From: Bifidobacterium longum subsp. longum JCM 1217
GTDB taxonomy: Bacteria; Actinomycetota; Actinomycetes; Actinomycetales; Bifidobacteriaceae
Assembly: GCF_000196555.1 (NCBI RefSeq)
Contig: NC_015067.1
Coordinates: 1,590,001-1,622,000 of the forward strand
Reading direction: 5' to 3'
Length of the DNA stretch: 32,000 bases
The translations under genes and the position numbers were made by a program. The notes under the pieces are model-generated. The model was not told where the DNA came from, searched no databases, and worked only from the letters and a program-made list of their open reading frames with translations. Shown piece by piece: positions 1-7,559 of this stretch (positions within the stretch are counted from its first letter, which is position 1; every line of letters starts with the position of its first letter).

Positions 1-362
1 CCTCCACTGCCGAGCGTGCGGGTCTGAAGATTCACGCCACTGAGGACGGTGCCTACACCTACGTGGCTTATGACGACCAGATCGGCCGCGTGGTGGTGGA
101 TCGTCAGGCCATGGCCAACGGCGATCGCGGCTACCGCGCCGCCCCACTGACCGACGCCGAACTGGCCTCCGGCAAGCTGGACCTGCGCGTGTTCGTGGAT
201 CGCGGCTCCGTGGAGGTCTACGTCAACGGTGGCCACCAAGTGCTGAGCTCCTACTCCTACGCCTCCGAAGGCCCGCGCGCCATCAAGCTCGTCGCCGAGT
301 CCGGTAGTCTCAAGGTGGATTCCCTGAAGCTCCACCACATGAAGTCCATCGGACTGGAGTAG
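1..362 (+). CDS. glycoside hydrolase family 32 (beta-fructofuranosidase / sucrose-6-phosphate hydrolase type), C-terminal end; 5' part lies outside the window
   Basis: Frame 3 is open from the window edge to TAG at 360-362. The tail LDLRVFVDRGSVEVYVNGGHQVLSSYSY resembles the conserved FVDxSxVEVFxNxG strand of GH32 C-terminal beta-sandwich modules. A clean terminator follows. Confidence 0.6.
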   Translation, partial: STAERAGLKIHATEDGAYTYVAYDDQIGRVVVDRQAMANGDRGYRAAPLTDAELASGKLDLRVFVDRGSVEVYVNGGHQVLSSYSYASEGPRAIKLVAESGSLKVDSLKLHHMKSIGLE

Positions 363-370
363 CTCTTTCA

Positions 371-396
371 CCTCCCTCTGACGAGGGAGGTTTTTT
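371..396 (+). terminator. rho-independent terminator
   Basis: cctccctc (371-378), loop tgac, gagggagg (383-390): perfect 8-bp GC-rich stem followed by T6 (391-396), 9 nt after the stop codon. Confidence 0.85.
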
Positions 397-556
397 GTGC
401 GCCCTGTCGTTCGCCTTCGCCTATACTGATGGACGGCATATAACACGATCCATCACACGACCGGCAGGCGCGCAGGCTCCTCACCTTACTGTTCCACGCC
501 CCGGCCGCAAGCGCCACCAGCAAACCGGACTGGCGCGGAAAGCAAGGTGACATCCC

Positions 557-1339
557 ATGTCCATCGCCAAGCGCCTCAAGCGCCGCATGCCCACCGTCAT
601 CGCCGTCATCGTATTGCTGGCAGTCTGGGAAACGTGGGTGGATCTAGGACATGTCTCCCCCACGATGATCTCCGCGCCAAGCGAGATTTTCGCCGCCACC
701 ATCGAAACATGGAACACGCTCGGCCCGGCCGCGGCAATCACCGGCTATGAGGGCGTGGTCGGCTTCCTGTTTGCCGTGTTCTTCGGCATTATGATCGGCA
801 TTGCACTGTACTGCTCGCACACGTTCAACGCGGCGTTCTATCCGCTGCTTGCCGCCGCACAAACCATGCCGCTGATTTCCATCGCCCCGTTGTTCCTGAT
901 TTGGTTCGGTTTTGAGATTTCCGGCAAAATCGTAATCGTGGCGGTATTCGGCCTCTTCCCCATCGCCGTGCAGACTGTGCGCGGACTAGAAGCAGTGCCC
1001 CAGTTCTATTCCGACGTCGCATTGACCTGCGGCGCGACCCCGGTCTGGACGCTCTGGCACGTGAAGCTGCGCGTTGCCGCACGTCAGATCTATGGCGGTA
1101 TCCGAGTATCTGCCGCATACATCTTCGCCACGGCATCCACCGCTGAATACCTTGGCGCACGCAAGGGCCTTGGCATCTGGCTGCAGGCTGCCTACAATTC
1201 ATTCCGCACGCCGCTGATCTTCTCCGCCACCATCGTCATTATCCTGATGACATGCGTACTGATGCTGGCGGTAAACGCCAGCGAGCGCATCCTGCTCGGC
1301 CCGGCCGGCGACGACGAAGACCCCGACGCGGACCAGTAG
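557..1339 (+). CDS. ABC transporter permease, NitT/TauT (SsuC/TauC-like) family
   Basis: 260 aa with multiple hydrophobic spans. AQTMPLISIAPLFLIWFGFEISGKIVIVAVFGLFPIAVQTVRGL matches the conserved TauC/SsuC-type permease core. AAGGTG lies 7 nt upstream of the ATG. Confidence 0.85.
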   Translation: MSIAKRLKRRMPTVIAVIVLLAVWETWVDLGHVSPTMISAPSEIFAATIETWNTLGPAAAITGYEGVVGFLFAVFFGIMIGIALYCSHTFNAAFYPLLAAAQTMPLISIAPLFLIWFGFEISGKIVIVAVFGLFPIAVQTVRGLEAVPQFYSDVALTCGATPVWTLWHVKLRVAARQIYGGIRVSAAYIFATASTAEYLGARKGLGIWLQAAYNSFRTPLIFSATIVIILMTCVLMLAVNASERILLGPAGDDEDPDADQ

Positions 1340-1423
1340 TTCTTTTTTACCGTCAAAGGCACGAGCCGGCAGCCAGGACCGACTGAACGAGGCGGCTTCT
1401 CATGAGGTCTCCAACCCTGTCTC

Positions 1424-1598
1424 TATAATGGAACAGCTTTACCAGCGTGTGGCAAACCGGCTTTCCCGAGCTTTCATAGGGAATGTCGGGGGCGCTGGTC
1501 GAACGGAAATCAAGGCCCTCCATATCGTTTTCTGCCGACTTCCGTTCGAAGCAATCCCAGAGAACGATAGAGAGACAACGAATTAGGGAACCATCATT
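1424..1598 (+). promoter_or_regulatory. long structured leader / intercistronic spacer ahead of the SBP gene (candidate cis-regulatory RNA, class unknown)
   Basis: Perfect TATAAT at 1424-1429 with no convincing -35. Helices: 1441-1447/1493-1499 (7 bp), 1463-1467/1479-1483 (5 bp), 1499-1508/1540-1549 (10 bp perfect), 1523-1534/1558-1569 (12 bp with one G-U). TAGGGAA occurs at 1477-1483 and again as the SD at 1584-1590. Confidence 0.3.
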
Positions 1599-2669
1599 AT
1601 GAAGAAAAGCCTTGTATCCAAGGCCGCTGCCCTCGTGGGCGCCCTTGCCATGACTTTCGGTTTCGCCGCATGTGGCCAGACCAACACCGCCGACTCCTCC
1701 AACTCCAACACCTCCGACCTCAAGAAGGTCACTTTCATGCTTTCCTGGGCACCCGATACCAACCACATCGGCGTGTACGTGGCCAAGAACAAGGGCTACT
1801 TCAAGGACGCCGGCCTTGACGTGGATATCGTGGCCGTGGCCCAGGCCGGTGCCGAACAGGCCGTGAACAACGGTGTGGCCGACTTCGCCCTGTCCAACCT
1901 GACCAACGTGGGCGTCTACACGCTGAAGGGCGCTCACATCAAGCAGGTGCTGCAGGTGCAGCAGAAGCCGAGCGCCATTTGGTGCGCACTGGCGTCCAAC
2001 ACCGCCATCAAGTCCCCTAAGGATTTGGATGGCAAGACCTTCGCCACCTTCGGCTCCAACGAGTCCGATGCCGTGGTGCGCCGCATGATCCAAACCGATG
2101 GCGGCAAGGGCGAATTCGACAAGGTGACCGTCGGCACCTCCACCTTCCAGACCATGGAATCCGGCAAGGCCGATTTCGGCGGCTTCTACGCCACGTGGGA
2201 AGGCGTGCAAGCCGACATGTACGGCCCGAAGCTCAACTGCTTCACCGAGCCTGACTATGGCGTGCCCGGCAACGCCGACACCATCGGCATCATCACCAAT
2301 GACAAGACCATCAAGAACAATCCCGACCTGGTCAAGAAGTTCACTCAGGCCACTCAAAAGGGTTACGAGTACGCGTACGCCAACCCGGATGACGCCGCGC
2401 AGATTCTCGTGGACGAAGCCCCTGACGCCAACCTCAAGCCCGAATTCGTCAAGAAGAGCATGCAGGTTATCGTCGACGGCCAGTACTGGGGCGATCCGGC
2501 CAAGATCAAGGACGGCTCTTTCGTGCTCGGCACCAACGACTTCAAGGGCGCTCAGGAATACTTCGACTTCCTGGCTGAAGAAGACGCATACACCGACAGT
2601 CATGACAAGATAATTCATGAGGCCCCGCAGGCCAAGGACCTTGCCACCGACGAATTCATCGGCAAGTAA
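1599..2669 (+). CDS. ABC transporter substrate-binding lipoprotein, NMT1/THI5-like (SsuA/TauA/ThiY-type fold)
   Basis: Signal peptide with lipobox (MTFGFAACGQ). The body (VTFMLSWAPDTNHIGVYVAKNKGYFKDAGLDVDIV...) is typical of NMT1/THI5-like binding proteins. It is paired with the permease at 557-1339. Confidence 0.85.
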   Translation: MKKSLVSKAAALVGALAMTFGFAACGQTNTADSSNSNTSDLKKVTFMLSWAPDTNHIGVYVAKNKGYFKDAGLDVDIVAVAQAGAEQAVNNGVADFALSNLTNVGVYTLKGAHIKQVLQVQQKPSAIWCALASNTAIKSPKDLDGKTFATFGSNESDAVVRRMIQTDGGKGEFDKVTVGTSTFQTMESGKADFGGFYATWEGVQADMYGPKLNCFTEPDYGVPGNADTIGIITNDKTIKNNPDLVKKFTQATQKGYEYAYANPDDAAQILVDEAPDANLKPEFVKKSMQVIVDGQYWGDPAKIKDGSFVLGTNDFKGAQEYFDFLAEEDAYTDSHDKIIHEAPQAKDLATDEFIGK

Positions 2670-2694
2670 TTTCCGATATTCCGAGTTTGAATCT

Positions 2695-2740
2695 ACGCAA
2701 AAATGCGTCCTTCCCATGAGGAAAGGACGCATTTTTGCGT
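2695..2740 (+). terminator. rho-independent terminator (symmetric, could act in both directions)
   Basis: acgcaaaaatgcgtcctt (2695-2712) pairs perfectly with aaggacgcatttttgcgt (2723-2740): an 18-bp stem whose inner GC core is flanked by A5 and T5. Confidence 0.85.
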
Positions 2741-2792
2741 ATCGGCCGATAAGGTTATTCATAGCGGATCACGCTAACAAGGAGACGATTCT

Positions 2793-4010
2793 ATGGTCCA
2801 ATGTCCTGACCGCATTATTGCCAGCATAGATACGGGTGTTGATGATGCGTTGGCGTTGGCGTATTTGTTGGGGTCGACGGATGAGTGCGAGTTGGGTGGC
2901 GTGATTGCCAGTTATGGCAATGTGGATGCGAACACGGCTTATGCCAATACTTGCGCGGTGCTTGATTTGTTTGGTCGGGCGGATATTCCAGTGTTTTTAG
3001 GGTCTGAGCATCCTTCTTGGGCTGATGCGTTTATTCCTGATGCAGGGTGTGCCCAGTTCCACGGGGATGATGGACTGGGGAATACTCGGCTGGCAGGGTC
3101 CGGGGCTCTGGCTGATGGAGCTGGTGTGCCTGGTGATGATATGTCTGGTGATGATATGTCTGGGGATGACATGTCTGTGGATGTGCCCGATGAGGTTGTT
3201 TCTGTTGGCGGGTATTTGGCGGGGGATGTTCATGCTCATCCGGCGTTGGGTGCTTGTTCTCGTGTGAACCGCTCTCGGTCGGTGGGCCACCCCCAGTCGA
3301 CTATGCCGACAGCTCTCGCCAGCGGGGGCAAAAGGAGATGCTCCGTTGATGCTGCGGATGGGATTGAGTATCTGATTGAGCAGGTTCGCGAGTTTGGCCG
3401 AGACGTTACCGTGCTGGCTACCGGGCCGTTGACGGATGTGGATGCGGCTATTACTCGAGCACCGGATATTGCATCGAAACTCAGGCTGGTGATGATGGGC
3501 GGTACGCTTACCCAACCCGGTAATTGTTGGGATGCGGTAGCTGAGACGAATATCATCCAAGACCCTGAGGCCGCGAATCGTGTATTTCATTCCGGCGCAG
3601 ACATCACAATGGTGGGACTTGATGTGACTCACCAGTGTTTGCTACCGCAATCGGCGGCCGACCGGTGGCGTGCGACGGGGACCAAGCGCGGGCGGTTCTT
3701 GGCTGATCTCGCGGACTTTTCCATCAAGGCAAATTTGGAAGCCGACCCCGCACTGTTCTCTGGCGGCATGCCGTTGCATGATCCGTTGGCGGCGGCGGTT
3801 GCACTTGATTCTTCACTGGTCGATTGTTTTGATCTTGCGTTGCGCGCGGAGACCAATACCGGTGATTTCAATGGAGTACGAGGCCGGACCACCGGAGACC
3901 CGGTTGGGCTGGTGAATCATTCCATGCCGCATGTGCATGTGGCACTTGGTGTGGATTCGGAACGTTTTTTGGATGAGTTTGTAGAGAGGATGGCTGAGGT
4001 GTGCCGGTAA
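2793..4010 (+). CDS. inosine-uridine preferring nucleoside hydrolase (IUNH family) with a large internal insertion
   Basis: N-terminal aspartate cluster IASIDTGVDDALALAYLLG (DxDxxxDD type), then FHGDDGLGN, LATGPLTDV, MMGG, NIIQDPEAANRVF, GLDVTHQ and PLHDPLAAA, in the order expected for IUNH. RBS AAGGAG upstream. Confidence 0.8.
   Translation: MVQCPDRIIASIDTGVDDALALAYLLGSTDECELGGVIASYGNVDANTAYANTCAVLDLFGRADIPVFLGSEHPSWADAFIPDAGCAQFHGDDGLGNTRLAGSGALADGAGVPGDDMSGDDMSGDDMSVDVPDEVVSVGGYLAGDVHAHPALGACSRVNRSRSVGHPQSTMPTALASGGKRRCSVDAADGIEYLIEQVREFGRDVTVLATGPLTDVDAAITRAPDIASKLRLVMMGGTLTQPGNCWDAVAETNIIQDPEAANRVFHSGADITMVGLDVTHQCLLPQSAADRWRATGTKRGRFLADLADFSIKANLEADPALFSGGMPLHDPLAAAVALDSSLVDCFDLALRAETNTGDFNGVRGRTTGDPVGLVNHSMPHVHVALGVDSERFLDEFVERMAEVCR
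3132..3176 (+). repeat. in-frame 15-bp tandem repeat x3 (ggtgatgatatgtct, ggtgatgatatgtct, ggggatgacatgtct) encoding GDDMS x3
   Basis: Read directly: copies 1 and 2 are identical and copy 3 differs at 2 positions. The repeat is in frame with the hydrolase ORF. Confidence 0.95.
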
Positions 4011-4160
4011 CTCCCCTCAGTCCGCTACACGGGCAGCTCGACCGCAATTACGGACAAGCTGCCGCTCGCATTCTTCTGGCTTGACTCTCGTCTCGCCTTC
4101 GCCTACAAACAGCCCACCGGGCTGTTTGCTTTACGGCTCAGCCCGTCAGAGGGGGCCTAA
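4011..4160. repeat. GC-rich palindromic intergenic element between convergent genes
   Basis: Begins ctcccctcag and ends tcagaggggg. Internal hairpins at 4032-4038/4057-4063 and 4107-4115/4119-4127. It carries tcgccttcgccta (4093-4105), which is identical to 411-423. Confidence 0.4.
4107..4127. terminator. hairpin, probable shared terminator for the convergent nucleoside hydrolase and uppS genes
   Basis: aaacagccc / gggctgttt, 9-bp stem with a 3-nt loop. A/T residues on both flanks, but no long U tract. Confidence 0.45.
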
Positions 4161-4166
4161 CAAGGA

Positions 4167-4961
4167 CTATTTCACACCGCCGAATCGGCGATCGCGGTGG
4201 ATGTAATGGTCGATGGAGCGCCATAGCACGTCACGGCCGCAGTCCGGGAAGAGTTCGGGCACGAAGTCGAGCTCGGCGTAGGCGGCCTCCCACGGCAGGA
4301 AGTTGGAGGTGCGCTGTTCGCCGGAAGTACGGATCACCAAGTCGCAATCGGGAATGTCCGGATTGTACAGATGGTCGGCAATCATCTTCTCAGTCACACG
4401 GTCGCCGGAAATCTTGCCATCGCGCACTTCGCGAGCGATGGCGGCGCAGGCGTCGGCGATTTCAGCACGGCCACCATAGTTGATGCAGAACACCACATCG
4501 ATGACCTTGTTGTTCTTGGTGCGCTCCTCGGCGGCTTCAAGCTCGTCGATCACCGACTTCCACAGCTTGGGGCGACGGCCGGACCAGCGCACGCGCACAC
4601 CCCACTCGTCCATCTGTTCCACACGACGGTGGATGATTTCACGCGAGAAACCCATGAGGAAGCGCACTTCCTGTGGCGAGCGCTTCCAGTTTTCAGTGGA
4701 GAACGTGTACAGGCTCAAATACCGTACACCGGCTTCGATGGCACCGGCGATAGTGTCGAACACCACCGGTTCGGCGGCCTGATGGCCATTGGTGCGGACC
4801 ATGCCGCGCTGCTTGGCCCAACGACCATTACCGTCCATAATCACACCGATATGGCGGGGTACCTTGTTCTTGGGGAAGTCGGGAATACGAGCGGGGTCGC
4901 TGAACGGAGCTGCGGGAATGTCCAACGACGTGTAATCAACGTTCTCAAAAGCCATACTCAT
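4167..4961 (-). CDS. uppS: undecaprenyl (isoprenyl) diphosphate synthase
   Basis: HIGVIMDGNGRWAKQRG and RTSGEQRTSNFLPWEAAYAE are cis-prenyltransferase hallmarks. The ORF is open to 5015, but the ATG at 4961 forms an ATGA overlap with the recO stop (4958-4960), so I prefer that start. Confidence 0.9.
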   Translation of the reverse strand: MSMAFENVDYTSLDIPAAPFSDPARIPDFPKNKVPRHIGVIMDGNGRWAKQRGMVRTNGHQAAEPVVFDTIAGAIEAGVRYLSLYTFSTENWKRSPQEVRFLMGFSREIIHRRVEQMDEWGVRVRWSGRRPKLWKSVIDELEAAEERTKNNKVIDVVFCINYGGRAEIADACAAIAREVRDGKISGDRVTEKMIADHLYNPDIPDCDLVIRTSGEQRTSNFLPWEAAYAELDFVPELFPDCGRDVLWRSIDHYIHRDRRFGGVK

Positions 4962-5677
4962 GAATCTATCAAGCGCAGCGAACGAATCGGGCGTTCGAGG
5001 TAATACTCCCCCCAATCTTCAACCAACTCCTGCACAACCCGCTCCACAGGCGCGGCATCAAGCACCGACCAATCGCCACGAATCAGTGCATCGAACTGGT
5101 TTAACACGAACGGTGCGATACGGCGCGCATCGGTAGTGTGGTCGGCTTCGCACATCACGCCGCCGGACGCGATGGACAGGTACGCCGGCTCCGCCTTGCC
5201 GCATACCACGCAAGTGCCCAATCGTGGCGTCCAACCGGCCAAGGCCAAGGCGCGCATCACGTAGGAGTCTCCTATGGCTTGCGGGGCGTGGGATTGTTTG
5301 GCGAGCGCGTTCAACGCGCCGATGAGCAGCCGATATTGGTTCGGCAGCTGCTCATGTTCGGTGCTGGCGAGTTTATCGATAGTCTCAACGATGACGTTGG
5401 CGGCCTCATACGCCGCATAATCCGCCGCGATCGGAGCACCATAAGCGGCGACCGCTTCAGCTTGGGATACCACGTCAAGCGAGCGGCCTTCAGCGATAAG
5501 CACATCGACGCGCATGAACGGCTCGAGCCTGGCACCGAAGCGTGATTTGGTGCGACGTACGCCTTTGGCGACCGCCCGAATCTTGCCATGCCCACGCGTC
5601 AGGATGGTGATGATACGATCAGCCTCGCCCAGTTTGGAGGTGCGCAACACCACACCTTCGTCTCGGTACAGCGACAT
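4958..5677 (-). CDS. recO: DNA repair protein RecO
   Basis: MSLYRDEGVVLRTSKLGEADRIITILTRGHGKIRAVAKGVRRTKSRFGARLEPF is a typical RecO OB-fold N-terminus. A Cys-containing C-terminal half (CVVCG) follows. 239 aa. Confidence 0.9.
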   Translation of the reverse strand: MSLYRDEGVVLRTSKLGEADRIITILTRGHGKIRAVAKGVRRTKSRFGARLEPFMRVDVLIAEGRSLDVVSQAEAVAAYGAPIAADYAAYEAANVIVETIDKLASTEHEQLPNQYRLLIGALNALAKQSHAPQAIGDSYVMRALALAGWTPRLGTCVVCGKAEPAYLSIASGGVMCEADHTTDARRIAPFVLNQFDALIRGDWSVLDAAPVERVVQELVEDWGEYYLERPIRSLRLIDS

Positions 5678-5726
5678 CTCATCTCCTTTCCCCGCGACGC
5701 CCGGCAGACTCCACTCAATGAAGTAG

Positions 5727-7505
5727 TCAGTAAATAAACAGACCCCAGAAAGCGAACACCAACAGTATGTACAGCATGGTGAAGGTCACCAGCCAGAACA
5801 GGATTCGGCCCAGACGGGTGGAGGCGAGTACCGGGTCGGCACCGGTGACGATGTCTCGAACGGATTCGCGACGAGGGGGTATCTGAATCAGGCCGCGGAC
5901 GGAAGCGGCTTCTATCAGGTGCATAAAGACGCGGGACCAAGCCCATAGCACCAGCACGGACACCACTTGGATGACCGGCCAGCTCCAATACATGACACCC
6001 GGCGTCTCGGTAGGTGCGCCACCCCATGCAAGTTTGACCACGCCCATGATCACCTGCCCGAGTCCGGCGAAGAAGATGAGCAATGTGGCAAGAGTGGTGA
6101 GGGTCAAAGTCAGCAGCGCATTGCCGAAACCATGTGCGAAACCGAGTACCACAGGCCGTTCCGGTATCAGCATGCCCGCATGTTTGGCCTCGCGCTTCTC
6201 TCGCCGCCATCGGGCATCCGCCGCGATTTTGCGACCCAGCGCCACCAGTGCCAGCACGATGGATGCGAGCAGCAGCAGTACCACCGTGACGTGCAGAATC
6301 ACACCATATATGGTGCCGACGCGTCTTGCCTTCAAAGCGCCCGGCAGACCGATTGATTGGTACAGATTGGTGCCGGCCACCTTTTCACTGGTCTGCGTGA
6401 GTCCGGCGGAAGTGCCGACGGCCCAGTCGATGAGATCGTCCACATAGGCGTCCGCAAACGGGGTGCCCGCTTCGGACTCATCTCCCAAACGCAGCACATG
6501 GTTGGCGACCGGGTAGCTGCGCACGGTCACATTCCAGTTATCGGCTTTGTGGGCGTTGTAGAGAATCGCACGCACACCGTCGACCTGCGCCGTCATCACG
6601 TCTTTCGAACCGTAAGCCACATAGGTGGGTACGGCGTAGGCGGCGGGTTTGAGTGTGGCGAGGTCGAAATTGTTCAGTCCGAACAGGCCGGTGTCCGCGC
6701 TGAACACACGTTGGACGATGGATTGATAGCCTTCGTTCGCGCCAACAAGGGTGAAGTCCTGGGTGACGAAAAATCCCAGTGATTGGCGTGGGCTGAACAC
6801 CATCGGGCTCAGAAGAATCTGGAAGGCGACGTCCGGATCGTCCTCGAGCAGATACGAGGAGATCCATGTCGATTCGGAGGTGGCATAGATGCCGACCTTG
6901 GCCTCGTCTACATCGCTTTGGTCTCGCAGGTATTCGATGACCTGATCATAAGCCTTGGCTGAGGCCGGATAATCGCGGTTGATGTCGGTGGTGTTCCAGA
7001 CGGGTTTGTCGAGCACTGCGGTCACAAAGCCGGCCGAAGCCATACCGGAGGCCACGTCGCCAAAGGAGTTGTCACAGGTGCCGTATCCGGCACCGTGCAT
7101 GAACACCACGCCGGGGCGCTTGCCTGATGCGTTCTGAGGTTCCCGAATCAATACCTTGATAGCTTGGACGCCGTCCGCATTGGCCTTGCCCCGAGCACCG
7201 GACTCCTTGGTCAGATTGCCGTCGCTGGTCATGTTCAGCGTGATGTATCGCTCGGTGACCTCATACGTGCCTTTTGCCGGCAGCGTTTCTCCGGACGGGT
7301 TATCGAAGGTGACTTCGGTATCGTCGGTGAGCGTGGCCATCGACTGGCCGGTGGGTTCGATGTTCCAAGGCACCGTGGTCAGATTGGAAATGGAGACCAG
7401 CACGCCAATCAGGATAATGAAGATGGGCAGGCTGACCATCAGCCGGTGGATGCTGGTCCACGGCTTGGATCGAACAGTCAGGCGATGCTCTTCTTCTTGC
7501 GGCAC
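5727..7505 (-). CDS. membrane protein: N-terminal TM anchor, extracytoplasmic alpha/beta-hydrolase-like domain, C-terminal polytopic TM domain; function unknown
   Basis: 592-aa ORF with a GTG start at 7505 (start uncertain). Hydrophobic span SLPIFIILIGVLVSI. VVFMHGAGYG (HG oxyanion-type), GIYATSESTW, YGSKDV and VANHVL occur in Ser-Asp-His order. There are 4-5 hydrophobic spans after residue ~400. Confidence 0.6.
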   Translation of the reverse strand: MPQEEEHRLTVRSKPWTSIHRLMVSLPIFIILIGVLVSISNLTTVPWNIEPTGQSMATLTDDTEVTFDNPSGETLPAKGTYEVTERYITLNMTSDGNLTKESGARGKANADGVQAIKVLIREPQNASGKRPGVVFMHGAGYGTCDNSFGDVASGMASAGFVTAVLDKPVWNTTDINRDYPASAKAYDQVIEYLRDQSDVDEAKVGIYATSESTWISSYLLEDDPDVAFQILLSPMVFSPRQSLGFFVTQDFTLVGANEGYQSIVQRVFSADTGLFGLNNFDLATLKPAAYAVPTYVAYGSKDVMTAQVDGVRAILYNAHKADNWNVTVRSYPVANHVLRLGDESEAGTPFADAYVDDLIDWAVGTSAGLTQTSEKVAGTNLYQSIGLPGALKARRVGTIYGVILHVTVVLLLLASIVLALVALGRKIAADARWRREKREAKHAGMLIPERPVVLGFAHGFGNALLTLTLTTLATLLIFFAGLGQVIMGVVKLAWGGAPTETPGVMYWSWPVIQVVSVLVLWAWSRVFMHLIEAASVRGLIQIPPRRESVRDIVTGADPVLASTRLGRILFWLVTFTMLYILLVFAFWGLFIY

Positions 7506-7559
7506 GTGCGCTATTGTAATCTGACCGCGATATTTATGCCGAGGGCCTATTCGGCCGAA

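Noticed and set aside
397-556. Possible TPP or other riboswitch upstream of the permease gene. Hairpins are present at 427-433/449-455 and 511-516/531-536.
   Set aside because: No TPP core words (CUGAGA, ACCUGAUCUGGAUAAUGCCAGCG-like) or other riboswitch cores that I can recognise. The hairpins are short. Left as unexplained leader structure.
1353-2762. 469-aa minus-strand ORF.
   Set aside because: It is antisense to the lipoprotein SBP gene, which has a signal peptide, lipobox and family pattern. The translation is low-complexity Gly/Val/His-rich. Shadow ORF.
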